Shown piece by piece: positions 1-12,030 of a stretch of DNA of 64,000 bases; the stretch's first letter is position 1; every line of letters begins with the position of its first letter. The notes under the pieces are model-generated. The model made no database searches and was not told the DNA's origin. It saw only the letters and a list, made by a program, of their open reading frames with translations. A program made the translations under genes and the position numbers. This DNA comes from Takakia lepidozioides (Eukaryota > Plantae > Bryophyta), in contig CM060732.1 of assembly GCA_030704615.1 (NCBI GenBank), forward strand, positions 18,848,001-18,912,000, read 5' to 3'.

Positions 1-410
1 TCCACGACACCACATCTCGTTCAGCCATACTGTTGAACACTCCCTGCTGTCTCCGCTCTAAAGCTCCCATATAGCACACGTCGCACGACAATGGCCGACA
101 CAACAAGAGCAAACATACAGGTCGATCCCACAAACAGTACACTCGCTGCGCGACACTTCTCTCTCTCTATTCTCTCCTCCCCCCGCCCACCCGCTCTCTC
201 ATGTGCACACAGCAAGATACTAGTATTTTAGAAACCGCTTATCCTGGTTCGCGAACCTTAAGAAAACACATATGGTGGCACTAAGACAAACAAACGCTAA
301 GTCCCTAATCCTGCGCTCTCGAACCACGCCGACCCCAAAAAAACAATAAGTCCCAGCCAGGCTACACACTGCGACCTAGCAACCTTAAACTCGAGCCAAA
401 TGCATTTTCA

Positions 411-520
411 TTCGTTCAGACGTTCATACAATAGTTGCCAGCAAGGCGTTTTCTTTATCGTTTGTTCATACGTTCATCCAATAGTTGCCAGCAAGGCGTT
501 TGTTTATCATTCGTTCATAT
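411..520. repeat. 50-bp tandem repeat, ~2.2 copies
   Basis: The unit ttcgttca(g/t)acgttcat..aatagttgccagcaaggcgtt occurs at 411-460 and 461-510, with a partial third copy. Confidence 0.85.
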
Positions 521-619
521 AATTCAGTTGTTTTGTTTCACTAACCTTAACCAGCACACGATTAGTTTCACAGCGTAATAACCCACAGGTCTCCTCAGCT
601 CATACGCGTGCCATTGCTT

Positions 620-812
620 AACTGGTTGTCTCAGTCAGCTCATTTTAGGTAGTCAAAGTCTCTCACTACAGTCAAAATTTTCGCGGTTGTCTAGCACCTC
701 GAATATTTTAATATAAATTTTGACTGCAAAATGGTTGGAACAGTCAAAAGTGACAACAGTCAACGCCAGTGTCAAACTAAATCGTCGAAATTACATAGGG
801 TGTGTTGTAGTG
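620..812 (+). mobile_element. CACTA (En/Spm) right end with subterminal repeats
   Basis: TGTAGTG terminus at 806-812, preceded by clustered AGTCAAA/TTTGACT motifs (651, 670, 719, 742, 758). The repeat family starting at 813 is truncated exactly here compared with its copy at ~3236. Confidence 0.6.
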
Positions 813-2330
813 TCTCTCTTGCAGCGGGAAACACTGCTGTGAATGCAGTGGCATCTTCCCTCCTCTGGCTTTTAAGTTTAGCAAGGGCATTTGTGCTGGG
901 AAGTCTCTCTCCCTCCTTTCTGGTGCCTTGCGTTTTTGCCTGTTTTGCTTCATTGCTCATGTGATTTGTGGAGGCGGCTTGCTGTGGGTGGTGATGGCGC
1001 ATAACCCTCTTCCCCAATTGCTTAAGGTGCCTTTGGAGTTTAGGGATCCTCATGTTCTTATCTTCTTCTCTTGCTTTTGATTTCTTTGTTGACATCGATG
1101 ACAAGTGTGAGGGTCTGTGATTCACTTGGGGTTCCACAATCCTCACTAATCTGTTGATTTTGTGGGGGCTTGTGATGGGAGTAGGTGAGGATCCTCACCT
1201 ACTTTGAAATTTCTTGAGCATGCAGTTGGGATATGGGCTGAGGAGACATGTTAGTTATTGCGCTTTGAGGTGGCTGCTGCCTGCAGCCCCGATTTCAACC
1301 CGACTACTCCTAGTTTGGCATGCTACAGCCTATGTTTGGCTTTTGTCGTTCTGCCGTCGATGGGCAGCTCGACCTGTCTGGCCTGTTTCCTAAGGCCTGC
1401 ATACAAACCATACCCTATCTTTTGATCTTTGACAGCAGGGCCTGTGGATTATTGAGCTACGTTGTAAGTTCTTTGGGCCATAGAGGATCTGGTTTTATGG
1501 GGGCTGCTTCGGTAGGTTTGGGGCTCTAAGGACATGGTGGCCTTGAATGTTATGGCGGCAGCCTGATAAGGAACCGAACTGCTCCTTTTTGGGCCTGTTT
1601 CTGGTGTGTGATAGATCATAATGAGGTGTTCTTTGCAATCTTTAGCATGGATCTCGTAAGCTGTAATGGAATCCTACCTATAGTTTTGGCCTTGTCATGA
1701 CATCAGGCCTATGACCTGCAATCTGAGTTTTCAAGATGCTTGTGTGTACATGTCTTGAATTTGCAATATGACAGGCTGATCTTACATTCCCTTGACGCCT
1801 TGTATGATTACACGTCTTGGGGTGATTACAAATGGTATGGAATCTGTTTTATCATGCCCAAGTGGATTGCTTGGAGGCATGTCCTGATTCTGAAATATTG
1901 CAGGTTGGTCCTTATGCTTTGCTTGATGCATGACCTATGCTGATAAGGTAAGGTGTTGCAATCAGTGATTCTGACTTTGTCATGACACCAGGCTCGTAAC
2001 CTGCAATTTAATGATTCATTGGCCAAGATGGCCGGATTTCGGGTGTTTAAGATGCTTGCATCCCCTACAAGAACAAACCCCGCCCTCCCACCCTGTTTTA
2101 TCATGACTGATTGGGTGATGTCAATTCATGGGAAGCTATGACAAGAATGGAAATGTTAGATGGTGCCCTGTTTTGGGCTGTTTATGTCTTTAATTGACAA
2201 TGACCCTAGTAGGGTCTTGTCCATGTTTTGACATGACATGAATATCTTCCCACTCTCTCCTTCTCTTATTAACTTTTTCTTCCCCCTCTTTCCCTCTGTG
2301 GTTTTTTTGGTTTTGTGAGTAGCACAAAAG
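813..2330 (+). repeat. Dispersed repeat, copy A (probably DNA-transposon internal sequence)
   Basis: Colinear with 3237-4420, e.g. tctcttgcag.gggaaacac and gacatcgatgacaagtgtgagggtctgtgattcac. No credible ORF. Confidence 0.8.
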
Positions 2331-2559
2331 AGAGGAGAGAGAGAGCGAGAGAGGGAGGGAGAGGGAGAGAGAGAGGGAGTGAGAGGGAGAGATCAGGAAA
2401 CAAAAAGAAAAAGAGGAAGGTGGGGGGGGGAGGGGGTGACTGAGCAGCAGCTGCTCAGTCACTCCCCCCCACCTTTTTGTTTTTTCTTTGTTGCCCCCTC
2501 TCTACTGGGAATTGGCAGGTTGCTATCGGTGTTGATTCTTTGTTTTCTCATCCTCTATC

Positions 2560-4420
2560 AGGCTTTTTCATCCATACCGAATGAGCCACCAGGATGGACA
2601 CTGAATTACCTCTAGGATGGCTCTTTTGGCCTTTTCATTCCTCCTCTATTGACTCTCATCCATACCGGATGAGTCACCATGGAAGAAAAGAATTACCTCT
2701 ATGGAGGTTGCCAACAACATCATGTTTTTCCATCCGTACCGGATGAAAAACTACCAGGGTGATAATTTTTCATTCCTCTTTTATTGACTCTTTTTATCCA
2801 TACCGGATGGTCTGGTAAGGAATGATAGAATTACCTAGATGGAGGTAAGGCGCTGCCACGGATGATATTCCCTACTTTTTCATCTTGACACAAATGATCT
2901 GTCTATGGATGATATGATTATGGCCTGGAATTGATCTTTACTATCCCTAATTATGATTAATTACGGTGGAAACCCTAACCCCTATCCCAAAACCTATTTT
3001 TAACCTTGCTGCGGATGAAATCCGTCAGGGTATGTGGATTCGTCCTACTGTTTTTCATCCACGGATGAATAATCGGGGGACAACCCTATGTCGTCTCTCC
3101 TGCTGTCAGAAGCACGCGATGTGCTTCTGAGCTTGCGAGGAGAGTGTTATGGCGGGCGTGCTTCGGTGGCTGCCCTGTTTGTGGTGTCGTACCCATGCTG
3201 GACGAGCGCCTAGGGGGGCGCGAAGGCGGCGCCTTGTCTCTCTTGCAGTGGGAAACACCGCTATGAAAGCAGTGGCATCTTCCCTCCTCTGGCTTTTTCT
3301 GTGCTTAGCAAGGATGCTTATGATGGGAAGTTCTCTCCCTCCTTTCTAGTGCCTTGCGATTGCGCCTGCTTTGCTTCATTGCTTATGTGCTTTGTGGAGG
3401 TGGCTTGCTGCGGGTGGTGATGGCGCATAACCCTCTTCCCCAATTGCTTAAGGTGGCTTTGGAGTTTTGGGATTCTCATGTTCTTATCTCTTTCTCTTGC
3501 TTTTGAATTTCTTAGTTGACATCGATGACAAGTGTGAGGGTCTGTGATTCACCTGGGGTTCCACAATCCTCACTAACCTGTTGGTTTTTGTGGGGGCTTG
3601 TGATGGGACCGGGTGAGGATCCTCACCTACTTTGAAGTTTCCTGAGCATGCAGATTGGGATATGGGCTGAGGAGACCTAGGGTTGTGCGCTCTGTGAGGT
3701 GCTGCTGGCTGCAACCCCCGATTTCAACCCAACTGCCCTTGACTTGATATGCTCCAGCCCGCGTTCTGGCCTTTGTCGTTCTGCCGCCGATGCGCAGTTC
3801 GGCCTGACGGGCTTGTTTCCTAAGGCTTGCATACAAACTATACCCTACCTTTTAATCTTTGACAGCGCAACCTGTGGATTACTAAGCTAGGTTGTAAGTT
3901 ATTTTGGCCAAAGAGGATCTGGTTTTTGGTGGTATGTTTTTGGTGGTTTTGGGTAACTATGGATCTGATGGCCTTGAAGTTTAAGGCGGCAGCCTGGTAG
4001 GGTACTGCCCTGCTCCTTGTCCGGCCTACTTCTGATGTGTACTGGATCGTAGTAAGGTGTTCTTTGCATGTCTTAGCATGGAACTCTTGAAGGATGAGGA
4101 TGGTAAGCTGCAATGGAATCCTACCTATTGTCTTGGATCTGTCATGACATCAGGCCTATGACCTGCCATCTGTTTTTTATACAAAAGAGGATGGATCTCG
4201 GCTGTTCATGCTGTTTGTTGGTACAAGTCTTGAACCTGCAATCTGACAGGCTGCATTCACATTCCCTTGATACCTTGTATGATCACATGTCTTGGGGTGA
4301 ATACAAATGATATGGAATCTACTTCATCTGGCCCAAGTTGGACTGCTTGGTGGTATACTGAAACTCTGACAAAATACAGGCTGGTCCTTATGCCTTGGCT
4401 GATGCATGACCTGCCATAAT
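2560..4420 (+). repeat. Dispersed repeat, copy B, with a TTTTCATCC-Nn-GGATGAAAA palindrome array at its left end
   Basis: Homologous to 813-1950. Palindromic motifs at ~2565, 2656, 2726, 2794, 3013 and 3051. Confidence 0.8.
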
Positions 4421-4421
4421 T

Positions 4422-4849
4422 CAGCAAACAGAAGCAAAGAGGAAAGGGAGAGTGCAATTGGCCGTTGTGTGGGCAATCTAAAGACAATACTCATTTTCTG
4501 ATACACTGTCCGGGGTTCTCTCACCAAAGAGAGACTCTCTTCACATCTATCAAGGGAATTGTGCCTGTACCTCTGTTTACCAACTTTGAAAGTCTCAAGG
4601 CTGAGCCAAAAGCCCAGGCCCTCCTAAGGCCTAGTTATTGGGCAAATCACACACAACAGATTGATGCTTGTGTGAAGGGATTTCTAGAGGATATCTGGAA
4701 AACCCGGATTAATTCTATAGATGAAGGTAAGTCTTACTACCAACGTCAGCCCCTGACAGAGGCAGGTTCTGTCCCTTTTGTTTCCGCTCAAACTGGGCGC
4801 GGGGTCAATGGCCACAAGGCTACGGCAAACAACGTCTTATGAGTACAAT
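4422..4849 (+). mobile_element. 5'-truncated LINE 3' end (C-terminal CCHC zinc-knuckle region)
   Basis: Reads CNWPLCGQSKDNTHFLIHCPGFSHQRETLF (ORF 4465-4842 plus upstream codons). Same family as 46499-46943, and both copies end in ttatgagtacaat. Confidence 0.75.
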
Positions 4850-4948
4850 CTTTTTAACTTTTTCTGCACCCTCTCTCCCTTGTGGTTTGTTTATTTTTGT
4901 GAGCAACAAAAAAGAGATGGAAGATACTTTTTGTCATGTCAAGACAAA

Positions 4949-6243
4949 GACAGGACCCCTAGGGTCGTTTTTATGAAAGAATAATCAGACATATCAGCCA
5001 CTTCACAGTGGCACCATCCATCAATCATCAAGCTTAGAAAATCCAGAATTACATCCATGCACAATAATGTGTTCATGTCAGTATTATTCATAACCCAAAG
5101 AGTATGCCACTGATGCTGATTTAGGGGGATCATTTTTGGTCCGAAGAGTGATATTGTCCCCTTTGTCACATAGCTTATAATAAAATATTTTTAAGGGCCA
5201 TGCAACTTTGATGGGCTCCTTTTTGAATCTCTGGAAACCATCTATAGCATCCTGATAACAACGTAGGTGTTCAACATCAGTGATGTTACCCCACTTCATC
5301 CACATCTCGATGTAGATGGGTGCTAAGAGGTTGATGTTGGCTTGCAGGTGCCACATCATGTGCTCGTTGTTGGCCACGTCGAGCTCAACGGAGCGAGGGG
5401 GCGTCCAAGGGACAAATTGCTGATTCCCCAGGGTAGCGCCTGCTGCCCTGTCTTGTTCCACCTGTGACATTTCCACATGCCACAGAAATCCTTCACCACA
5501 TCAATTTCATGTTCGGGGAGACACATGTGACTTAAAAGCGGGTGATTGGTGACGGAGGGGGTAAAATCCTGCTCAGCATTGGAGAACGATTTCTGGGTGG
5601 AAGGGACCTGTACGTCTTCAGGGTTAGCTAGACGTAGTGCAGCCTCAATCTTTTCTCCTTTAAGACCACATTCCGTGAGTTCTTTGGTATCCTCTTCAAG
5701 GATAGTAGGCATACGTTCATGATAATCAATCAGCCTGATCATGTACTTGCCATTTTTATTTGCAGATAGGGACAGCTTAACCCAGTCCTCTAGGGCCAAA
5801 GTCTCAAGCAACAGGATTGGATTGTCATCACCTGAATCAATAGCTGCTGAGTCCAATGCTTGTACTTTAGCATGGAAGTCCGTTGGCTTTGTTTGTGCCA
5901 AAACAACCTGAATAGCAGGGATTGGAGGGGGCAGTGGTGGCTGATATCCCATGGCCTGCAGCTCAGCAATCCATTCCGGAGTCTGTTTGGTGGAAATTTA
6001 CCCTGGTAACCAATGGATAGTGTATGCAGAAACCACTAAGCATACTGGACAGTGAGAGAGGGAAGATACAGACAGGACCCCTAGGGTCGTTGTCATGAAA
6101 GAATAATCAGACATATCAGCCACTTCACAGTGGCACCAACCATCAATCATCAAGCTTAGAAAATCCAGAATTACATCCATGCACAGTAATGTGTTCATGT
6201 CAGTATTATTCATAACCCAAAGAGTATGCCACTGATGCTGATT
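4949..6243. repeat. 173-bp near-identical direct repeats (4949-5121 and 6071-6243) bracketing a ~950-bp segment
   Basis: gacaggacccctagggtcgtt...agagtatgccactgatgctgatt is present twice with only a few substitutions. Confidence 0.9.
5084..5952 (-). pseudogene. Frameshifted ORF remnant of unknown family
   Basis: Overlapping ORFs 5356-5952 (198 aa) and 5084-5476 (130 aa) have protein-like composition and suggest one frameshift. No motif recognised. Confidence 0.35.
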
Positions 6244-8400
6244 GACCACCAGTCATGATCATGATATACATTCAGAGGTCAGGGTGGGATGGCGGGTACT
6301 TGGCCATATTTTGGCATTGATGTGGTGTAGGTCAAATAATCATACAGATTTACTATCTGCAAGCTGTAATCCAAGCATACTTACTCAAACCCCATGGGTG
6401 TCACGGAGGGTTTTTTCTTAAAAGAAACAAAAAGAGCACTTGGATATCACAGATTTAAATACCTTGCCCTGCCAGTATTTGTTTAGACTGGTCTGCAGCA
6501 AAGCTTGCCCCCCATAGGGGAGGTGGATATGTTTGGTAAGTTTTCCAGGATACCCATATACGCCTTTATTTCTTGCTACAGCTGAAAATCAAAGTTCATG
6601 ACCCAACAAGGTAAAGATAAAGGACTGCATACACATCATGTGACAGTATATAATACTGTGAGTACACCCTATTCACATCATTCCACATTTGACCATGTCA
6701 TTACACCATGTCCAGGGGGTATTTCCACTTGACCACCCTGGTTGCCTCAAAAACCAGTTACCAGTTATATTTTGCTGCCATATTTCATTGTCAGCCGAAT
6801 ATCCACAGGCAGAATCTTCACCATACCCTGGCCTAAGCATCTAGCTAACAGAGCCATCCGGGTTGGAACATAATAGGGGCCAACAAGGGTACCCGAATAG
6901 CTGCAACAAACAGTTCCTTGCAGCCTCTCAAATTGTTTCCAACTACCATAAGGTAAGCAAAGCAAACTAGGGCCTGGAAAACAGATGTGTGTCTCTCACA
7001 CAAGCCATCATAAACCCGGATGTCACAACAAAGCAGCTCAGGTCTTCCACTGGCTAGGCCGAAAATAGCCCATCGTAGAAAGCATTACACTTGTTCTTCA
7101 AAAATAAAGGAAGGAAAGAGGTAGGATCAAGAAAAACCATAGAGTAGTTTAGTTTTTCAACATTTTAAGATGAGTCATTGGCAAGCGATTCCTTCCCCTG
7201 CTCTGCAATCCCACTTGGCATCCAGCAGCACCTAGACATCATAATATTAAGTGGAAGCCCTCACCTGCGCCCGTCCCAAAAACAACCACAACGCATTGTG
7301 AGTTAGTGAGGATGCACGAGGTGAGTAGCAGGCTTCCACACTTGCTATCGAGGTCAAATACACTTCAATCTAAGCGCAGAGAATGCCAAAGAAAGCAGGG
7401 AAGCAAGACAAACGGAAAAAAGAACCTTTTTTTACCGTTTGGGGGAGAGTCGCCATCTCTCCACAAGCCTAACCGTGCAGGGAGGTCTCCGCCAGCACCA
7501 CAACACTGCTACCTTAACCAAAGCAAAGTCTTGCCAAGCACAAGAAAAAAGAGCTTGGTCTCAAAAGGTAGGGTTTATAAAGGGAGGGAGAGAGACTTCC
7601 TTGTTCTACCAAGATGCCGCCATTCATCAGAGATCCGGAGGAGGGCTCCTAGGAAACTTCATAAGCAGGCTAGTGGTACCTCCGCCATCACTGCCGTGGT
7701 TCCCTTGTGCAGCAAAAAAACAGACAAATGAGACAGTGAATCTTCCCTCATCTCTAAGCCACCGCTATCGCCTTAAAGAGCCCGCACAGGCGGCACTCAC
7801 AGGAGCCATAAACACTCAAAGATTGGCAGCTCATGGTATCTGCAGCACGAGCACCATCGCTCCTCCCAAGCCATCGCGCGCGCTCTGGCACTGCAAAAAG
7901 AAAGAACTTTAGGGTTGCGCAGGGTTTTCCCTTGTCTAGCCCGTCAATCATCCTTCTCAGGATGAAAAACATCCGCCAGCCTGTATGTCCGACAGACTTT
8001 GTCCGTTTCTCATTCGCGGAAGATGAAAGACATCGTGCGTTCATCCTGTCTTGAACTCGACGGATGTAGTCCGATTTTCATCTAGGTTAGATGAAAAACA
8101 TCGGGGGTTTTATTTTTATTTTTATTTTTTTAATACTTGTCTTGCCCCGTATTTAGGTCCTGTCAGATGAAGTCTTTTTTTCATCCAGGTTGGATTGAAA
8201 AAATAAAAACTGACGGGAGTTTTGCAAGTAGTATATTCCGGATTGATTGTTCGGATGAAGCAAAAAACCTCACAGGTATTAGTGAAGAAATGTTTCACTA
8301 GGAAAGAAAATATTTTGGATGAAAAACATCCAAAATTCACTACAACCCAATTTTTCAATTTTTTCAATTTTTTAAAAGATGGAAGTCGGGACAACAATTC
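6060..8400 (-). repeat. Dispersed repeat, copy C (diverged, inverted relative to A and B)
   Basis: 7302-7400 (gttagtgaggat...cacacttg..atcga.gtcaa) and 7581-7600 (ggagggagagagacttcc) match the reverse complement of A/B. The same CATCC/GGATG palindrome array occurs at 7970-8330. Confidence 0.7.
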
Positions 8401-8691
8401 CAGAAACCCAGTTTCCAGAGGGAGAGAGAGGGAAACAAAAATAAATAAAAATGGGGGGGGGGTGGTGGGGTGACTGAGCCCGTGGTGCTCAGCAGCTGCT
8501 GGTGATGCTCAGTCCCCCCCCCCCCCCCCCCCCCCCAACCTTTTTCTTTTCTCTTTGTTACCCCCTCTCGAGACCCGGAGCACTTGCTGCTCTCAGCCCC
8601 CGACATGCTTGGTTTTTTTGTTTTTGATCTGGAATGTAGAGGTTGTTTCCTAATGAGGCCAACTTGTGGGTTTGCATGACAGGTGCCAGCT

Positions 8692-10049
8692 TATGGGGAA
8701 AGAGAAGAAGTCCCCTGCCCCAAAGAAAGGGGCGGACAATCCGTTTGCTCTGCCGGCACGTGTGACGCGCCAAGGCGTCTCACGGTTAACCAGCCCTGTC
8801 GACAGCCGCAGTCGGAGGGCTCGTCTACCCCCCGAGGCCAGTTACCCCCCCAGGGGCCGGCTCAGCCCGCTCTCCTATTCGGGAGGTTGTTGCTGAGCCG
8901 GATGCTCAGTTGAGCACACCCCCGGCCACCAAGACGGGTGAAATGTACCTTGGCAAGCACATCACCCGTTCGGGGCCCCGGTATGGGCAACTTTTGGATG
9001 TCACCCCCCACTTGTGTGTGGATTCGTGCTTGTCAAGGCGGACTGTTGTTGCTTCGCGTGCCCGGTCAAATAGGAGCAGGGGAAGGAGGCTACAAAGAAG
9101 GGAGAGGGTGGGAAGAAGAACATGGCCTTGGCGATACATGACGTGGAGTTGGCAAAGATCGTGGTGCCACCGGTGGAGGTGAATCGCCATGGTGACCCCC
9201 GCGGTGCGTTCTGGGAGGCCATAAAGAAGCCAGCCTTCGAACTCGCAATGAGGTGGTTCCCTTTGCACATCGAGTGGGCTGATCAGCACTTTGGCACGAA
9301 GCGGGCGTATGCCCGTGAGTTAGACCGCCGGTTTTTGGGCAATTGGAGTGACACAAGGGTGATGGAGATGGTGGGGCGAAACTTGAAGGACAGGAGGTAC
9401 CGTGCCAGACAGATCATTCGGAGGGCAATGGAAAAGGGGGCCATACCCAAACCACCTTATGGAATTACACAGGTTGGCAAATCCTGAATCATTTCACCTT
9501 CCATTTGTCGCATGTGCATTAATGAGGTGGATTCGATGCAACGAATGTGTGTAATTCACTAATTGTTGGGGGGGGGGGGGGGGGGGGGGGCATAGGTATC
9601 GTGGGATGCACTCATTGCGGGAGAGAATGATGCCGCAAACAAGGGCGCCGACGGATCCAAGGGTTTTATCTTGCGATTTGTAAGTCGTACGTCCCTATGG
9701 ATTTTGTTATGTCTTCTTTCTGGCTCCATCATCGCGAAGAACTGACTTTAATTTGTGGCATGTGTAGCAACACGCGTTTGAGTGGAAGCCATCTCCAGTA
9801 GAGTACAACTACGCCAAGGAGCATGGTTGGCAATCCTTCATGAAGAACATGGCCAACACGGAGGGGATGAGTGCACTACATGGCATTAGTATGGATGAGG
9901 TCAGGGGTCATGGCCAGGGATTGGATGAGAGCTCTGTGGGACTTAGGGGAATGCCGCCTCATTTAGGTGCTCTGGCAAAGGGCGCAGAGTCATCAGGCTC
10001 ATCGGATAGCTCTGAGTCCTGCACTGAGGATGAGGATGAGGATGACTAG
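8692..10049 (+). pseudogene. Degenerate spliced transposon-associated gene, possibly CACTA TnpA/Ptta-like
   Basis: ORF 9122-9487 (..FLGNWSDTRVMEMVGRNLKDRRYRARQII..PKPPYGITQ|gt) continues after ag at ~9595 (VSWDALIA..) and has an acidic tail. It lies just inside a CACTA right end. The family assignment is inference. Confidence 0.35.
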
Positions 10050-10339
10050 TCCTAGTCCATGTAGGTCCCAGGGTCAGCCTACTGAACCCTTGTGAGCTTT
10101 TCAGCTCATTTCCTATAAATATATTTCCATCTTTTCATCTTCCATCTTATTCATGTGTCGCACCGTCCTCACCCTCGATTCATGCTTGCTCAATTGTGTA
10201 CCTGCTAAATCAGAGAAATGGAAGCTGTAAGGTCTCCCATCCCCAAAAATCAAAACCAGGCAAAAAACAAAAACCATCCCCAATTCACCCCCAAAATCAA
10301 CCCCCAACCCCCCCCCCCCCCCCCCCCCCCACCAGGCTG

Positions 10340-11037
10340 CCCTCGCGACTGCAGGACGTCGCAATTGGCGACGTGTTTTTTGGGTGGGGGTCGCAAGCCG
10401 CGATGGTCGGGCGTCGCAAATCCCATTTGCGGGCGGCAATGCCCGACACCCCTTGCGACGTGTTTTTTTTGGTCCGAGGGTCGCAAGCCGCGACGCCCGG
10501 ACGTCGCGGAGCCCGCCACCCTGCCTGCGCCACGTCTTTTATTTTTTTGATTAAATATAAAACAAGCGATGCTAGATCGTCGCGAAAACCCACGCCCGGG
10601 CGTGGCGGAGCCCGACTCCTACTCCTGCTGTTTTTTTTTGGCACGCACTGGCGTCGCTTGGCGTACCACCCGGCTTACGCCACGTGTTTTGGGTTTTAGG
10701 ATGGGACTCCCAGGCAGGTTAGAAAAAAAAGGGGATGCGACGCCGCGCCGTCGCCCCCACCAACTCTATCGGCTGGAGGGCAGCGACGGCGAGACGTCGC
10801 TCGAAGGAGGCCCCTGCCATCGGCGCGGACGGCCCGAAAAGCCACGTCCGGCAGTCGCGGGAGTTGGGGCGGGGGCCTGTGACCCCCATACGTCGCATTT
10901 TTGCGACATCTTTTTGGCGACGCCCATGCGACGGCCGGGCGTCGCAAATTCGGCGCCTGCCTCGTGCCCAAAATGCGCGTTTTCCCGACGCTGCGGCATG
11001 GCCCGAGCGTCGCAAAGGCCCCCCTGTTCCTGTAGTG
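10340..11037 (+). mobile_element. CACTA right end with GC-rich (G)CGACG/CGTCGC subterminal repeats
   Basis: Ends ...ggcccccctgttccTGTAGTG at 11037, preceded by many gcgacg/cgtcgc motifs in both orientations. Confidence 0.75.
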
Positions 11038-11511
11038 CCCAAATACCCTTACAATCACTATATGAACTTTCAAGCAGCCACCATGGGATTGGATCTTGGT
11101 GGGTTAAGGCTAGCTTTTGACAATATTCATGCAAGTTCGTCGAGGGCTCCATCCAAAGCCACATCACGAGAAACAAACAAACATGTCCAAATTTAAGATG
11201 CTGAACAAACTTGTGCACAGGGCTGCCCCTCTCATCAAGCTCATTAAAATTCGTATTCACTTCCATCTTCAAGCCTTGGAGAAGCTCCACCACCCAAACC
11301 CAGAATTAGGACAACACTCTGAGTTCCATCCACTGTCACCAAAATCAGTCAAAAAACACCATTTCAGTCAAGTGCAATTATGGGCTGACTTCCCACCTAT
11401 GCCGGGTAGACCCCATGATGGTCAATACTCCCAGAATGGTGGATGGTCTGAGTAGCTACACAGATCAATGAATGAAGCAAGACACTCGCATCTTTCCAAG
11501 AAAACATCCTT

Positions 11512-12030
11512 TCACCAGTAATCACCACAAGAACAAATCCCATCTTCAAAGTGGTGAAAGCGGTTAGCGTCCCGTACAACAATTGCTCGGCCAACAATCT
11601 TTGAGATGAATTTGGTGGAGGTGTGGCAGTCACCACACACTGGAAGATTCTTGATGAGACGGAGAGGCGTCCTAGGGGTCGTCTGATCAGCCCAAAACCA
11701 ATGGCCAGCTTCTCACTGTGATGGCAAAGAGAAAATTCTTTTTCCTCCTCCCCACATCATGCAATACAAAGTGCATGTCAGGCACATACCCCACCTCCTT
11801 CATCTGCCCAGACAATCTTCTCAGCTCAGCATGGATTTCCTTAATTCTGGGATGCAACTTGTCATCTACAATGAAGGTGTGCACCCTGTTGCCAACCTCA
11901 ATGCAGTAGCGACCTGGCTCCTTTTTAACCCCTCTCACCTTCATCATTCTTCTCACCTGTGCAGTATCATCCCACCCGCCAGCTGCAGCATAGATGTTTG
12001 ATAGCAACACATAGGTCGCGGCATCCTGTG
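11512..12030 (-). pseudogene. PLS-class PPR E2/DYW domain pseudogene (organellar RNA-editing factor fragment)
   Basis: Reads QDAATYVLLSNIYAAAG..VKKEPG..HP...[26 protein letters not shown] and [20 protein letters not shown] (TGA at 11514-11512). Two frameshifts (~11750, ~11680) and no upstream PPR array in this orientation. Confidence 0.9.

Noticed and set aside
2560-3075. CRISPR-like array
   Set aside because: The context is eukaryotic, the repeats are degenerate and irregularly spaced, the spacers partly resemble each other, and there are no cas genes.
4949-6243. LTR retrotransposon reading of the 173-bp direct repeats
   Set aside because: There are no TG..CA termini, PBS, PPT or TSD.
10113-11293. 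Many overlapping 100-180 aa ORFs
   Set aside because: They are a by-product of GC-rich CACTA subterminal repeats lacking stop codons, giving low-complexity Arg/Pro/Ala translations.
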